Shown here piece by piece: positions 44,251-53,208 of a DNA stretch of 58,038 nucleotides; within the stretch, counting starts at the first letter, position 1; each line of letters starts with the position of its first letter. The DNA is taken from NCBI GenBank assembly GCA_964586885.1, contig CAZPID010000001.1, positions 24,080 through 82,117 on the forward strand, written 5' to 3'. A program made the translations under genes and the position numbers. The stretch comes from an uncultured archaeon (GTDB taxonomy: Archaea; Aenigmatarchaeota; Aenigmatarchaeia; CG10238-14; SCSR01). Below the pieces are notes generated by a model. It did not search any database. It worked only from the letters and a program-made list of their open reading frames with translations, and was not told the origin of the DNA.

Positions 44251-45184
44251 ATATTATGGTATCAAGAAAAGATATCCTCGACTTCCTGGTGATAAATGGA
44301 AGGCATATTTACAAATGATTAGACCTTTTACCGTTTTTGCTGCTGGATTGGCTGGAATATTTTTAGGAATTACCTTTACTTTACTTTCAGGTGGTACTTT
44401 TGGTGATGGAAAGGTTATCTTATTAGGATTAACTTTAGGACTTTTACAGGCTGGTGGGCAATGCTTTAATTTAAGTTATCCAAAAGAAATTGAAATTGAT
44501 AAAATCAATAAGCCTTATCGTCCTACAGTTACAGGTCTAGTTACTACCAAATCAGGATTTATTTTATCATTTATTTTATTTGGTATTGGAAATTCTACTG
44601 CTTTTTTGCTAGGATTAGAAGCTGGAATAGTATCATTAGTCATAACATTGTTCGCAATTTTCTATACAGCATCTCCAATTAGAGCCAAGGAAAGATTTAT
44701 GGTTGGTAATATATATCAAGGAATAGCCAGAGGACTTTTACCACCAATATTCGCGAGTATGATCTTTGGTTTTTATGAATTCGCCATAGTCTACGGCATC
44801 GCTATAGCGTTATGGATTACAGGTTTCCAATCAACTAAAGACTTTGATGATATAGAAGGAGATAGACAGTTCGGAATTAAAACTTTACCAGTTGTTTTAG
44901 GAAGACGAGGTACTATATCAGCGATGATGGTAATGCTAATAGCGTCTTCCGTGCCTCTTTATTTAGGTTTTGCATTAGGAATTATTCCAAACGAGCCAAT
45001 ATGGTTCTTAATATTTGCTCCATTGATCATATCAATTAAGATTCTGACGACTTTAAAGAAGGATGTGAAGATGGTACGTATGGAAAATTCTCTCAGTTGG
45101 GTCTATTTTTATTTGACATTAATGTTCTGGTTTATGATTCCAATGGCAATAGTAGGAATAAAATATGTCAATTCAGTCTTATGA
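44234..45184 (+). CDS. UbiA-family prenyltransferase (DGGGP-synthase-like)
   Basis: 316 aa, multi-TM; EIEIDKINKPYRPTVTG and KDFDDIEGDRQFGIKTLPVVLG. Confidence 0.8.
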   Translation: MSKIPRYYGIKKRYPRLPGDKWKAYLQMIRPFTVFAAGLAGIFLGITFTLLSGGTFGDGKVILLGLTLGLLQAGGQCFNLSYPKEIEIDKINKPYRPTVTGLVTTKSGFILSFILFGIGNSTAFLLGLEAGIVSLVITLFAIFYTASPIRAKERFMVGNIYQGIARGLLPPIFASMIFGFYEFAIVYGIAIALWITGFQSTKDFDDIEGDRQFGIKTLPVVLGRRGTISAMMVMLIASSVPLYLGFALGIIPNEPIWFLIFAPLIISIKILTTLKKDVKMVRMENSLSWVYFYLTLMFWFMIPMAIVGIKYVNSVL

Positions 45185-45371
45185 AAATACTAGATCGGCG
45201 GGACTAGCAATTATTTTCCTATTTGGTCCAATTGTAGGAAGTTTTGGCATGTTATTAAGAATGGATGAACTTTATCAATTCGGAATTTTGATAACCGTGG
45301 CAATTAGCATTGTGTTAGGAATTATAATGTTGCTTTCTATTCAAACTAAGCCTCTGCAAAAGTTTAAGTAA
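45165..45371 (+). CDS. small membrane protein
   Basis: 68 aa with two hydrophobic helices. Confidence 0.45.
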   Translation: MSIQSYENTRSAGLAIIFLFGPIVGSFGMLLRMDELYQFGILITVAISIVLGIIMLLSIQTKPLQKFK

Positions 45372-45391
45372 TTATTTAACAAATTTAGAAT

Positions 45392-45709
45392 ATGCTTAGA
45401 AGGAGAATTTTTAGAGATGAAACTTTAGAACAGAAATCTCAAGTCGTTTCTGCTGATTATGGATTTGATATATTTGCCGAAAATTTTAGGAAAGGTCTAT
45501 CTAAGATCTGTGGATTTTCGGAAGAAAATATTAAATTAAATAATTTAAAAAATTTCCTAAAAACTATAATGTATCAGTCTACATCAGATAGTATGAGGAA
45601 TATATCTCTTCAAATTCCGAGTCCATCTCAACAAGAACTTTTAGGTAAACAATTTGGCAGGATCCTCAAAGATGTTATTAAAAAGGAGAAGGCAATAAAT
45701 TTTCGTTAA
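45392..45709 (+). CDS. hypothetical protein with MLRRRIF N-terminal tag
   Basis: 105 aa; the first 20 nt are identical to those of the ORF starting at 57146. Confidence 0.45.
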   Translation: MLRRRIFRDETLEQKSQVVSADYGFDIFAENFRKGLSKICGFSEENIKLNNLKNFLKTIMYQSTSDSMRNISLQIPSPSQQELLGKQFGRILKDVIKKEKAINFR

Positions 45710-45864
45710 CTTCTCAAGAACAGAAACTATTTACTGGTCAACCAGCCATGTTCGCTAATTTTTGTATTGAAATGTCAAAAGCTACAGGATTGACATTATC
45801 TAAAATAATCAAATCTGTTCCAGCGAAAAATTATAAAAAGAAATTACTGGGAAGAGTGTGATTT

Positions 45865-45882
45865 ATACATAAAAGTTTATAA
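45865..45882 (+). promoter_or_regulatory. BRE/TATA-like promoter element ATACATAAAAGTTTATAA
   Basis: Exact 18-mer is also found (rc) at 3928..3945; the TATA-like TTTATAAT ends 21 nt before the ATG at 45905. Confidence 0.5.
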
Positions 45883-45904
45883 TACTTTAACTATATCTTA
45901 TTTT

Positions 45905-46162
45905 ATGGGAGGAATAATCCAAACCATTCTAAATGCCGTATCTAATCCAAAAGATGTTAAATCACGAGGAGATAATTTTATCAGCCTTGTGGTGCAAAAT
46001 AGGAAAGAACGTCTGAAATTAATCAGAGAAGTTGGTCCTAAAATTGTGACACAAGCAACTAGAACGGCGACACAAATTAAGAAAAATATTGAGTCCCAAA
46101 CCAAAACCCAGACAAAGACCAAAACAGAAGAATCGGAGTCTAAAACTAAAGGGAAGGGATAA
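45905..46162 (+). CDS. hypothetical basic protein
   Basis: 85 aa, preferred over the antisense ORF 45898..46176 because of composition, the upstream promoter element and the downstream T10 run. Confidence 0.45.
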   Translation: MGGIIQTILNAVSNPKDVKSRGDNFISLVVQNRKERLKLIREVGPKIVTQATRTATQIKKNIESQTKTQTKTKTEESESKTKGKG

Positions 46163-46177
46163 GATTTTCTTATCACC

Positions 46178-46187
46178 TTTTTTTTTT
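46178..46187 (+). terminator. oligo-T tract (T10)
   Basis: T10 run 16 nt after the stop at 46162. Confidence 0.35.
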
Positions 46188-46198
46188 GGAATTAAGAA

Positions 46199-47155
46199 AT
46201 GTTAGTAGAAAAATATAGACCTCAAACATTTGATGAAATCTTAGGTCAAGATAAAATTAAAGGAGGACTAAAAAATTTAATCAATAGAACTAAACATGGT
46301 GAAAAATTACCGCACATGCTCTTCTCAGGTCCTCCGGGATGTGGTAAGACCGCTATGGCAGCAGTTTTAGCAAAAGCTTTGGAAATAGATTTTGTAGAAT
46401 ATAATGCCAGTGATAATAGAAGGATAGAGTTTGTGAGAGAAGAACTTAAAAGTTTAGCAATTGTTACTGGCAGGAGGATAGTTTTGTTGGACGAAGCTGA
46501 TGCAGTAACGCATGATGCACAACATGCACTAAGAAGAATTATTGAAAAAGCAACATGTACTTTTATCTTAACATGTAATGAAGATTGGAAGATCATAGAT
46601 CCGATAAAGTCCAGATGCATTAACTTTCGTTTTGAAAGGCTGTCAAGGAAAAATTTATTGGAATTAATAACCAAGGTTTTAAAGTCTGAAGGAGTGATAA
46701 TAGAGAAGACCGAAGATGCTAAAAAAGCATTTGAATTATTGTTGGAATATTGTAATGGAGACGCCAGAAAGATTTTAAATATGATTGAAGGTCTGATTAA
46801 CGAAAATAAAGAATTTACACCTGGAAATATTCAATTGTTGATGCCAACCAATTTTGCTCAGGAAATACTAGATCTGGCTCTACAAGGTAATTTTACAGAA
46901 GCCTTAAAAAAACTTGAAGATACCTATATTTACAATCAATTAGATGCTAATCTGACAATTAAAAATCTGTATAGCGCTTTAAAGGATTTACCAGCAGAGA
47001 ATATAATAAAATTCAAGCTATTTGATAAATTGTCTGACATTGAAAGGAATATCAAAATAGGATGCCATCCATTAATACAGTTTGCTTCATTTCTGTCAGT
47101 AGTCTATATGTCACCACAAATGATCAAAGCGGAGGTAAGCGAGAATGTCAATTAA
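46199..47155 (+). CDS. rfcS: replication factor C small subunit
   Basis: VEKYRPQTFDEILGQ, SGPPGCGKT, VLLDEADAVT, KSRC. Confidence 0.9.
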   Translation: MLVEKYRPQTFDEILGQDKIKGGLKNLINRTKHGEKLPHMLFSGPPGCGKTAMAAVLAKALEIDFVEYNASDNRRIEFVREELKSLAIVTGRRIVLLDEADAVTHDAQHALRRIIEKATCTFILTCNEDWKIIDPIKSRCINFRFERLSRKNLLELITKVLKSEGVIIEKTEDAKKAFELLLEYCNGDARKILNMIEGLINENKEFTPGNIQLLMPTNFAQEILDLALQGNFTEALKKLEDTYIYNQLDANLTIKNLYSALKDLPAENIIKFKLFDKLSDIERNIKIGCHPLIQFASFLSVVYMSPQMIKAEVSENVN

Positions 47156-47324
47156 AATTTTAGATTTTTTCATAAATTATTATAATAAATGGAATGATTT
47201 GAAATTATTAAAGAAAACGTTGATAAAAAACGAAGACGAATATAAAAATATGAAGCAGGATTCTAGGGATAAAAAACAGGAAATTAGAGCCTTAAAGAAG
47301 GTTATTGCCTGGAAAGAGAAATGA
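47145..47324 (+). CDS. small coiled-coil ORF (59 aa, below the track cutoff)
   Basis: The ATG overlaps the rfcS end, and the stop forms an ATGA junction with the next ORF. Preferred over the minus-strand ORF 47180..47374. Confidence 0.35.
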   Translation: MSIKILDFFINYYNKWNDLKLLKKTLIKNEDEYKNMKQDSRDKKQEIRALKKVIAWKEK

Positions 47325-47473
47325 GTCAGAGCGGATGTAATATGATATATGTATTTCAAAAGAACTACAGACACAAAGAACTTCTCCGAAAAAGATGTTT
47401 AGCATGCTATGAAGGATTACATTTCTGTCATTATCAGTTTGGATATTGTAAATGTCCGGAGTGTTCCACTTGA
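47321..47473 (+). CDS. small Cys-rich ORF (50 aa, below the track cutoff)
   Basis: MSQSGCNMIYVFQKNYRHKELLRKRCLACYEGLHFCHYQFGYCKCPECST. Confidence 0.35.
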   Translation: MSQSGCNMIYVFQKNYRHKELLRKRCLACYEGLHFCHYQFGYCKCPECST

Positions 47474-47829
47474 GTCAGAAGAAAGTATTACCTAAAAAAC
47501 TTTATCTTACAATGATACCATGTATTGGATCTAAAAAGGAAGGAATTCCCGGACATTATGCTTTAAATATTGACAGTGATTTTAATCCACATCTTCTGAT
47601 ATGTCAGGAACATGCATGTGATGTTCTGTACTATGATTCCATAGAAAAGAAATGGTACATGAAACCTGGATTCAAGCCAGAAGCCACAAGGACTGAAAAA
47701 GATGAACCAGAAAAAAATTTAGAGATAACAAAGAAGATGGAACATTGTTCTTGTAAAAATTTAAAAAGATACGTCGATGATAACGGACTCGAGAGATGTA
47801 GAACGTGTGGAGGTTTGATATGCAAGTAG
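47452..47829 (+). CDS. hypothetical Cys-rich protein
   Basis: 125-aa track ORF; C-terminal CSC...CRTCGGLIC; the start may be the internal ATG at 47512. Confidence 0.45.
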   Translation: MSGVFHLSQKKVLPKKLYLTMIPCIGSKKEGIPGHYALNIDSDFNPHLLICQEHACDVLYYDSIEKKWYMKPGFKPEATRTEKDEPEKNLEITKKMEHCSCKNLKRYVDDNGLERCRTCGGLICK

Positions 47830-48014
47830 AAAAGATCATCAGAAGAAAAATTTCAGAGCAGAAAATTAACTGGAGAGATACAGCGACTATTCGTTGTAAT
47901 AGGTGTAATCATAAGTTAAAGTATCCAATCTATATAAATCAGAGGAATTATGGAAAAACATGTGCGAAGAAAATACAAATGGATTTGAAATATAATTTGA
48001 GGGAATGGATATGA
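47805..48014 (+). CDS. small zinc-ribbon protein ending in NLREWI
   Basis: 69 aa; CNRCNHKL...; the C-terminus matches the LxxW[IL] ending of PolB, the MTase and DpdA. Confidence 0.45.
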   Translation: MWRFDMQVEKIIRRKISEQKINWRDTATIRCNRCNHKLKYPIYINQRNYGKTCAKKIQMDLKYNLREWI

Positions 48015-48724
48015 AGAAATTATCACCAACAGCTATGGCGACTTATATGGCATGTCCCAAAAAATTTGATTATACTTATAATAGACAAATAACTCCTTTA
48101 GAATCCAGATGGAAGGAATCTTTAGATTTTGGTAGATTGATACATGATGTTGTAGCAAATTATTATCGGCATGTTACCTCTGAACTAACACCTAATTTAA
48201 TCAAGTTGAATATCTATGCAGAGGCTAAAAAAATAATTGATTTTAATGGTCTTACCAAAGAAGATAGAGAGAAGGTAGATAGACATTTGAAAGTTTTTTG
48301 TGAATTCGAGGTCGAGAGGATAAGGTCGGGAGTAATTTCAAAACCATTGGCAGTTGAAAAAGATATTGAAAGAGCTGGAGTTCATGCTATTGTGGATGCA
48401 CTTTTTAAGCATAAAGATGGTAGATTGATATTATACGACTGGAAAACTCTATACGGTTGGTATCCTCAATTAAATGATGGAATGATGATACAAGGAGCAA
48501 TTCAAAAATTTGTTACAGGAGCAGATGAAATGAATTTTGTGTTTTTGCAGAGCGGTACCGTCTTGCCACTGCCAGAAGATGTGAACATGCTCCTGGTAAA
48601 ACCAATTTATTATGGAATTAAGAATAAACATTTTGATAGGCAGAAGGGCGAACAATGTCTTTCTTGTCCATTCAATATCATTTGTAGATTAGAGGAGATG
48701 CAGGTTGCAACAGAACATATCTAA
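48005..48724 (+). CDS. Cas4/RecB-like PD-(D/E)XK exonuclease with Cys cluster
   Basis: N-terminal Cys (YMACPKKF), IVDALFKHKDGRLILYDWKT (D...DxK), C-terminal CLSCPFNIIC. Confidence 0.7.
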   Translation: MDMKKLSPTAMATYMACPKKFDYTYNRQITPLESRWKESLDFGRLIHDVVANYYRHVTSELTPNLIKLNIYAEAKKIIDFNGLTKEDREKVDRHLKVFCEFEVERIRSGVISKPLAVEKDIERAGVHAIVDALFKHKDGRLILYDWKTLYGWYPQLNDGMMIQGAIQKFVTGADEMNFVFLQSGTVLPLPEDVNMLLVKPIYYGIKNKHFDRQKGEQCLSCPFNIICRLEEMQVATEHI

Positions 48725-49145
48725 CCAGCCAATCAATATGCTATCTTGGCAAGACATCGAATACAGGATACAGGATTTAAAAAATATTTTTGATAGGTAT
48801 CAGTTAGACAAAGAAATCACTAAATTATATGCTGTGCCGTTAGGCGGCATTATTCCTGGAGTTTTATTAAAGAAAGAGATATCTCTAGCAATTGAATTTA
48901 AAGTTCTAGGTAAAGAGGATAGTTCTCATGATGTCGTTTTGATTATAGACGACATAGTTGATTCTGGTAAAACTTTTACTAGGATTTTTAATAGTTTTCC
49001 AAATGCTTATTTTTTCTCTTTATACGCTAAAGAAGGATTTAACAAAATTAAGCGGTTAATTGGAAATAAATATGAGACTGCAAAAATCTTTCCTAATCGG
49101 TGGCATGTATTTCCGTGGGAAGATAAAGAAGAGGGGAAGATATGA
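48705..49145 (+). CDS. type I phosphoribosyltransferase (gpt/XGPRT-like)
   Basis: PRPP loop VVLIIDDIVDSGKTF; YAVPLGGIIPGVLL; C-terminal WHVFPWE, resembling E. coli Gpt (W..QPW). Confidence 0.7.
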   Translation: MQQNISNQPINMLSWQDIEYRIQDLKNIFDRYQLDKEITKLYAVPLGGIIPGVLLKKEISLAIEFKVLGKEDSSHDVVLIIDDIVDSGKTFTRIFNSFPNAYFFSLYAKEGFNKIKRLIGNKYETAKIFPNRWHVFPWEDKEEGKI

Positions 49146-49939
49146 CAATAAAGTACATGAAGAAGGAACTTCTACAATTGAAAGACTGGATTAAAAATTG
49201 GAAAGATCAGGAGAAGAGAACGTGTATTCTTTTTGGTAAACCTGGGATTGGTAAGTCTGAATCAGTATATGAAATCTGTAAGGATTTAGGATTTACCATA
49301 GCGGAATTTAATACTAGTGATCATAGAGGACAAGAATTTATGGCTAGATTATATAGAGATGTTAGGAATGAAAGTCTGATGCCAGTAGTCTATCTTTTAG
49401 ACGAATTTGATGGCATGGATGCGTATGATAATTTTAATCAAGTGGTAGCAGTAACCAGACATCCAATCGTTATGACCTGCAATGCTATATATAAAATTCC
49501 ACAGCCTATTATAGATTCTAGTTTCGTCATTTCTTATTATATGAAAACAGGACAGTCGTTACGGATAGCCAAATATGACGGTCTTGACAGTAATTTTGAA
49601 TCAGTTTCGGGAGATGTCAGACAATCATTATTAGCAAAGTTGGGGAGTCAAGGTTATACTGTAAATAAAACACAATCTGTAAGATTGGAAGAATTTTTAA
49701 AGAGTGGCAATGCTGATAATTTGAAAGGTTCTGACTACATAGTTCTCTTAGATAATTCATCAAAACTGTTTTATGGTTATTTTCTTTATTCTTTCGTTCA
49801 ATCTCTACAATTAGCAAACAAATGTAAAAACAATGCGCCATTAGAAAAATATATGTCTAATGCTAAATTAGGATCTTCATATTTCTATGAAAAAAGGAGA
49901 GTAGGACAAGATGGGAGTACAAAAATCAGGTGGCAGTAG
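49142..49939 (+). CDS. RFC large-subunit-like AAA+ clamp-loader protein
   Basis: ILFGKPGIGKSE, EFNTSDHRG, VYLLDEFDGMD, PIVMTCN. Confidence 0.65.
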   Translation: MTIKYMKKELLQLKDWIKNWKDQEKRTCILFGKPGIGKSESVYEICKDLGFTIAEFNTSDHRGQEFMARLYRDVRNESLMPVVYLLDEFDGMDAYDNFNQVVAVTRHPIVMTCNAIYKIPQPIIDSSFVISYYMKTGQSLRIAKYDGLDSNFESVSGDVRQSLLAKLGSQGYTVNKTQSVRLEEFLKSGNADNLKGSDYIVLLDNSSKLFYGYFLYSFVQSLQLANKCKNNAPLEKYMSNAKLGSSYFYEKRRVGQDGSTKIRWQ

Positions 49940-50108
49940 ATACACAGGAAAAAGGATATTTATTGATATGAATGCCTATGAAATACTTTCTACAGTAAAG
50001 AAACATATCAAGGAGAAAAAAGTAGGAACAAAGAAAAGACCTTCTCTTGCAGATGCTATTAGATATTTAAAAGATAATGGTTCGCAAGGAATCAAATTTA
50101 AGAAATGA
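49911..50108 (+). CDS. RHH-like small protein
   Basis: 65 aa; KRIFIDMNAYEILSTVKKHI...SLADAIRYL. Confidence 0.35.
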   Translation: MGVQKSGGSRYTGKRIFIDMNAYEILSTVKKHIKEKKVGTKKRPSLADAIRYLKDNGSQGIKFKK

Positions 50109-51052
50109 ATGAACAAATAACTATCACTCCTGAAATTCATGAAACGTTAAAGGTCATTCTAAAATATGAAAATAAGGAAGGAAAGAAAAAAAACTATCTT
50201 GGTTTCAAGTGGATTGATATTGCAGTCAAACCTCAAATTCTCCACAAGTTACTTTATGCAGGCCTGTTAAAGAAAGGATATTATAGTTCCAAACATAAAT
50301 TCTTTAGGATCAAATCTAAGGTGGGAATTAAAAAATTGATCAGGCAATATGAAGATGATCAGAAACGTCAGAAAATCAAGGAACCTTTAGAGATGATACC
50401 TAAAATCAGGATCCCAGAGGATCTTTTTAAACCAATTGTTGGCTATGATGATATCAAGAAACTATTTTTGACCTCCATTAAATCTAAAGAACCTGTTCAT
50501 GTGTTATTACAAGGACCTCCAGCTAGTGCAAAAACAGTATTCCTTTTAGAAGTAGCCAGATTGATAGGTTCTTACTATGCTCTTGGCGGCTATTCCTCAA
50601 AGGTCGGACTAGTGGAGCAATTGGTTGCTTTAAAACCAAAATACTTGCTAATTGATGAATTTGAGAAGATGGATAAAAAAGACATGACAGTTTTACTTGG
50701 TTTATGTGAGAATGGTCTCATTAAAGCAGATATACATGGAAAGCACATAGAATTGAGACTAAAAACTAGGGTCTATGCAGCATGCAATAATTTTAGCAAA
50801 GTACCTCCAGAAATCCTAAGTAGATTTATGAAATTAAAACTACAAAAATATTATAGGAAAGATTTTGTAAAAATTGCGACTCAGGTTTTAAAAATTAGAG
50901 AAGGAATTGGCATCAAACTGTCAAGTTTTATAGCAGAAAAACTAGCAGATCTTGAGGTTTATGATGTTAGAGATGCTGTCAGAATCGCTCGACTTTCAAA
51001 GGATGAGAATCAAGTTAATGATTGGATAGATTTATTGATAAAATATGGATAG
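50105..51052 (+). CDS. MCM-related AAA+ ATPase (mini-MCM-like) with N-terminal winged-helix-like region
   Basis: IVGYDDIKK, VLLQGPPASAKT (Walker A), YLLIDEFEKMD (Walker B), RVYAACNN (sensor 1), LSRF (Arg finger). Confidence 0.55.
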   Translation: MNEQITITPEIHETLKVILKYENKEGKKKNYLGFKWIDIAVKPQILHKLLYAGLLKKGYYSSKHKFFRIKSKVGIKKLIRQYEDDQKRQKIKEPLEMIPKIRIPEDLFKPIVGYDDIKKLFLTSIKSKEPVHVLLQGPPASAKTVFLLEVARLIGSYYALGGYSSKVGLVEQLVALKPKYLLIDEFEKMDKKDMTVLLGLCENGLIKADIHGKHIELRLKTRVYAACNNFSKVPPEILSRFMKLKLQKYYRKDFVKIATQVLKIREGIGIKLSSFIAEKLADLEVYDVRDAVRIARLSKDENQVNDWIDLLIKYG

Positions 51053-51109
51053 GGAATTAGACGGTAAAAAATTTTTATTTACTTGCTGAGACAAGGAACA
51101 ATGTAGATA

Positions 51110-52264
51110 TTGAAACAAAAGTATGACTGTATTATCGTGGGGGCCTCGTTTTCTGGCGTGATGGCAGCACGACAATTAAATCATAGGGATGATCTAGAAA
51201 TTCTGATAGTTGAACAAGGTAATGGTTTAGGAAGACCTTTTCATACTACAGGAGGAGTAGCAAAATTTTGGTTAGAAGATATGGGCGTAGTACCCCCCGA
51301 TGAATGTTATGCTAGCCGTTTGACAGGAATGCGTTTAAAAAGTGACGAGAACGAACATACTTGGAGGTTCGGAAGGACCATTGGATATACTTTACATCCT
51401 GATAAATATATGGAATGGTTAGGTAAGGATCTAAATTGTGATATAGTTTTTAGTAAAAGGGTTACAAAAGCAGAAATTATCGAAAATGGCAAGAAAGAAG
51501 TCGAAGTTACTGCTGGAAACAATAAGATTAGGACCAAATACTTGATCGCTGCAGATGGACCAAACAGTATCGTTGCTAGAAGTTGTGGACTTTATCAAAG
51601 GCTAAAACCGGACAGTGAACATATTGGTATGGAATATTCTATTCCTTACCGTGAAGAAGTGAATGAAAAAGAGATAGTAACCTTACATTTTTCTAGGACT
51701 TATGCTCCACATGGTTATGTTTGGAGATTTCCGGCAGGAGATCAGATCAAGGTAGGATTGGGAATACCGACTAGTGCACACAAAAGGCCTAAAGAAAGAT
51801 TAGATAGTTACTTTAGAGAGATACTTAAAATTAAGCCTGAAGTCATTACAGCGCATGGAGGAATTATTCCAACTTCTTACCCATTAACAAGGCCAGTATT
51901 TAAGGATAGGATTTTCTTTACTGGAGATGCCGCTAGATTTTGTTCGCCATTGCATGGGGGAGGAATTCTACAAGCACTAGTCACTGGAAAAATTATAGGA
52001 GAAGCGATTAATAAAAATTTTTTACATCCTAAAGATATTAGACGAGAATACATGACGAAGATTAGTTGGACATTAAAAACTTTGAAGATGCACTACAGGA
52101 TGAAAAAGCTAATTTACAGTATGTCGGATCATGACTTTACACAATTGATAGATATTTTAAAATCCTATAAGATTAGTAATTTTGATCCAAATGCCGAGAT
52201 CAGGAAATTAGGATGGTATATCTTAAGGCATAAGCCACAATGGTTTCTCAAAACTCTTTTCTAG
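51110..52264 (+). CDS. FAD-dependent geranylgeranyl reductase family protein (TTG start)
   Basis: YDCIIVGASFSGVMAA dinucleotide-binding motif, LIAADGPNS, FTGDAARFCSPLHGGGI. Confidence 0.8.
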   Translation: MKQKYDCIIVGASFSGVMAARQLNHRDDLEILIVEQGNGLGRPFHTTGGVAKFWLEDMGVVPPDECYASRLTGMRLKSDENEHTWRFGRTIGYTLHPDKYMEWLGKDLNCDIVFSKRVTKAEIIENGKKEVEVTAGNNKIRTKYLIAADGPNSIVARSCGLYQRLKPDSEHIGMEYSIPYREEVNEKEIVTLHFSRTYAPHGYVWRFPAGDQIKVGLGIPTSAHKRPKERLDSYFREILKIKPEVITAHGGIIPTSYPLTRPVFKDRIFFTGDAARFCSPLHGGGILQALVTGKIIGEAINKNFLHPKDIRREYMTKISWTLKTLKMHYRMKKLIYSMSDHDFTQLIDILKSYKISNFDPNAEIRKLGWYILRHKPQWFLKTLF

Positions 52265-52269
52265 AAATT

Positions 52270-52806
52270 TTATCTTTTACGTCTTGTTGAACGTTTTCTG
52301 TGTGAGGTTCTGCGTGTTGTTTTGTGTTTAGTTTTTTTTACCTTAGCAGTTGATTTACTAGTTTGTGTTCTTTTTTTTCGAGATTTCCTACGTTTCATTT
52401 TTCCGCCAGGTTTTGGAATTATATCTCGAAGTTTTGGACGCTTTGGACCTCTTCCCTTACCTTTACGTCTTCTTCGACGTCTTATGATTCTACGAATAGG
52501 TCCCTGGATAGCTTGAGTTGAAAATGCCGTTGTCATTCCTTTTGCCCAAGTTTGGCCTTTCGCTGAATTTTTTATACCGCTAATAAATTGTGGTAAGAAT
52601 TTTTCTGCATTCTGCTGAAATATTTTAAAGTTGGATACAGGTAGACTTCTTGAAACAATAGAACGATTAAGTCCTAAAAATTTAGATACGCCATCTACGA
52701 AGTTAGACTGAGTACCGGCACTTTTAATTTGTTTTAGCCAAAATCCTTTTTTGGCTAAGGTATTATTCAGCCATTTCTCCTGAGCAATCTGTAATCGTGT
52801 TGTCAC
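52270..52806 (-). CDS. protein with protamine-like basic C-terminal tail (GTG start)
   Basis: 178 aa; about 40 of the last 75 residues are K/R (RRIIRRRRRRKGKGRGPKRPK...HRKRSTRRKR). Confidence 0.5.
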   Translation of the reverse strand: MTTRLQIAQEKWLNNTLAKKGFWLKQIKSAGTQSNFVDGVSKFLGLNRSIVSRSLPVSNFKIFQQNAEKFLPQFISGIKNSAKGQTWAKGMTTAFSTQAIQGPIRRIIRRRRRRKGKGRGPKRPKLRDIIPKPGGKMKRRKSRKKRTQTSKSTAKVKKTKHKTTRRTSHRKRSTRRKR

Positions 52807-52812
52807 AATTTA

Positions 52813-53208
52813 ATGAAACAGAATCAATTATTTAACGATGTATATCATGGTAATACGGAGAATGTATTACAAATCGTGAACTTTAATATCTACTCCTCGA
52901 AAGAAAATATAACATTGAAAGAGATTATGACTGAGGTCCTCATTGTTAGATTAGATAAAGACCGGATGGCTGTGATTAATTCCCTCGTTGAAGTTATGAA
53001 AGTAGGTAAAAGTGAAGCGGCTAGGAGATGTATAGATTTTATGGAAATAATTGGAAATAGAAAAGCCACCTTACAAGAACTGGTTGACTTTGATAGGCTT
53101 AGAGGAGAAGGTCTGGGAAAAGATGATATTTTTGAAATTGCTTTTATGGATATAATTAGGCCAATTGAAGAGATTAGAAAAGAATGGGGTTTGGTTCACG
53201 TCTCTTAA
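52813..53208 (+). CDS. hypothetical protein, RHH-like segment
   Basis: 131 aa; EVLIVRLDKDRMAVINSLVEVMKVGKSEAARRCIDF; only 6 nt from the divergent ORF at 52806. Confidence 0.4.
   Translation: MKQNQLFNDVYHGNTENVLQIVNFNIYSSKENITLKEIMTEVLIVRLDKDRMAVINSLVEVMKVGKSEAARRCIDFMEIIGNRKATLQELVDFDRLRGEGLGKDDIFEIAFMDIIRPIEEIRKEWGLVHVS

Noticed and set aside
45392-45421. MLRRRIF N-termini as twin-arginine (Tat) signal peptides.
   Set aside because: The RR motif is followed by acidic, hydrophilic sequence rather than a hydrophobic h-region and cleavage site.
45898-46176. 92-aa minus-strand ORF overlapping 45905..46162.
   Set aside because: The plus-strand ORF has a promoter element at the right distance and a downstream T10 tract. 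The minus-strand product is a hydrophobic shadow.
47180-47374. 64-aa minus-strand ORF between rfcS and the next plus-strand gene.
   Set aside because: The same space is filled by two plus-strand sub-cutoff ORFs (47145..47324, 47321..47473) with ATGA coupling and plausible sequences. The minus-strand product is Phe/Ser/Leu-rich.
52241-52264. Geranylgeranyl reductase C-terminus QWFLKTLF, which resembles a canonical QxxLxxLF PIP box.
   Set aside because: A lipid flavoenzyme is an implausible PCNA client. It is kept as a caution that such short motifs can arise by chance.
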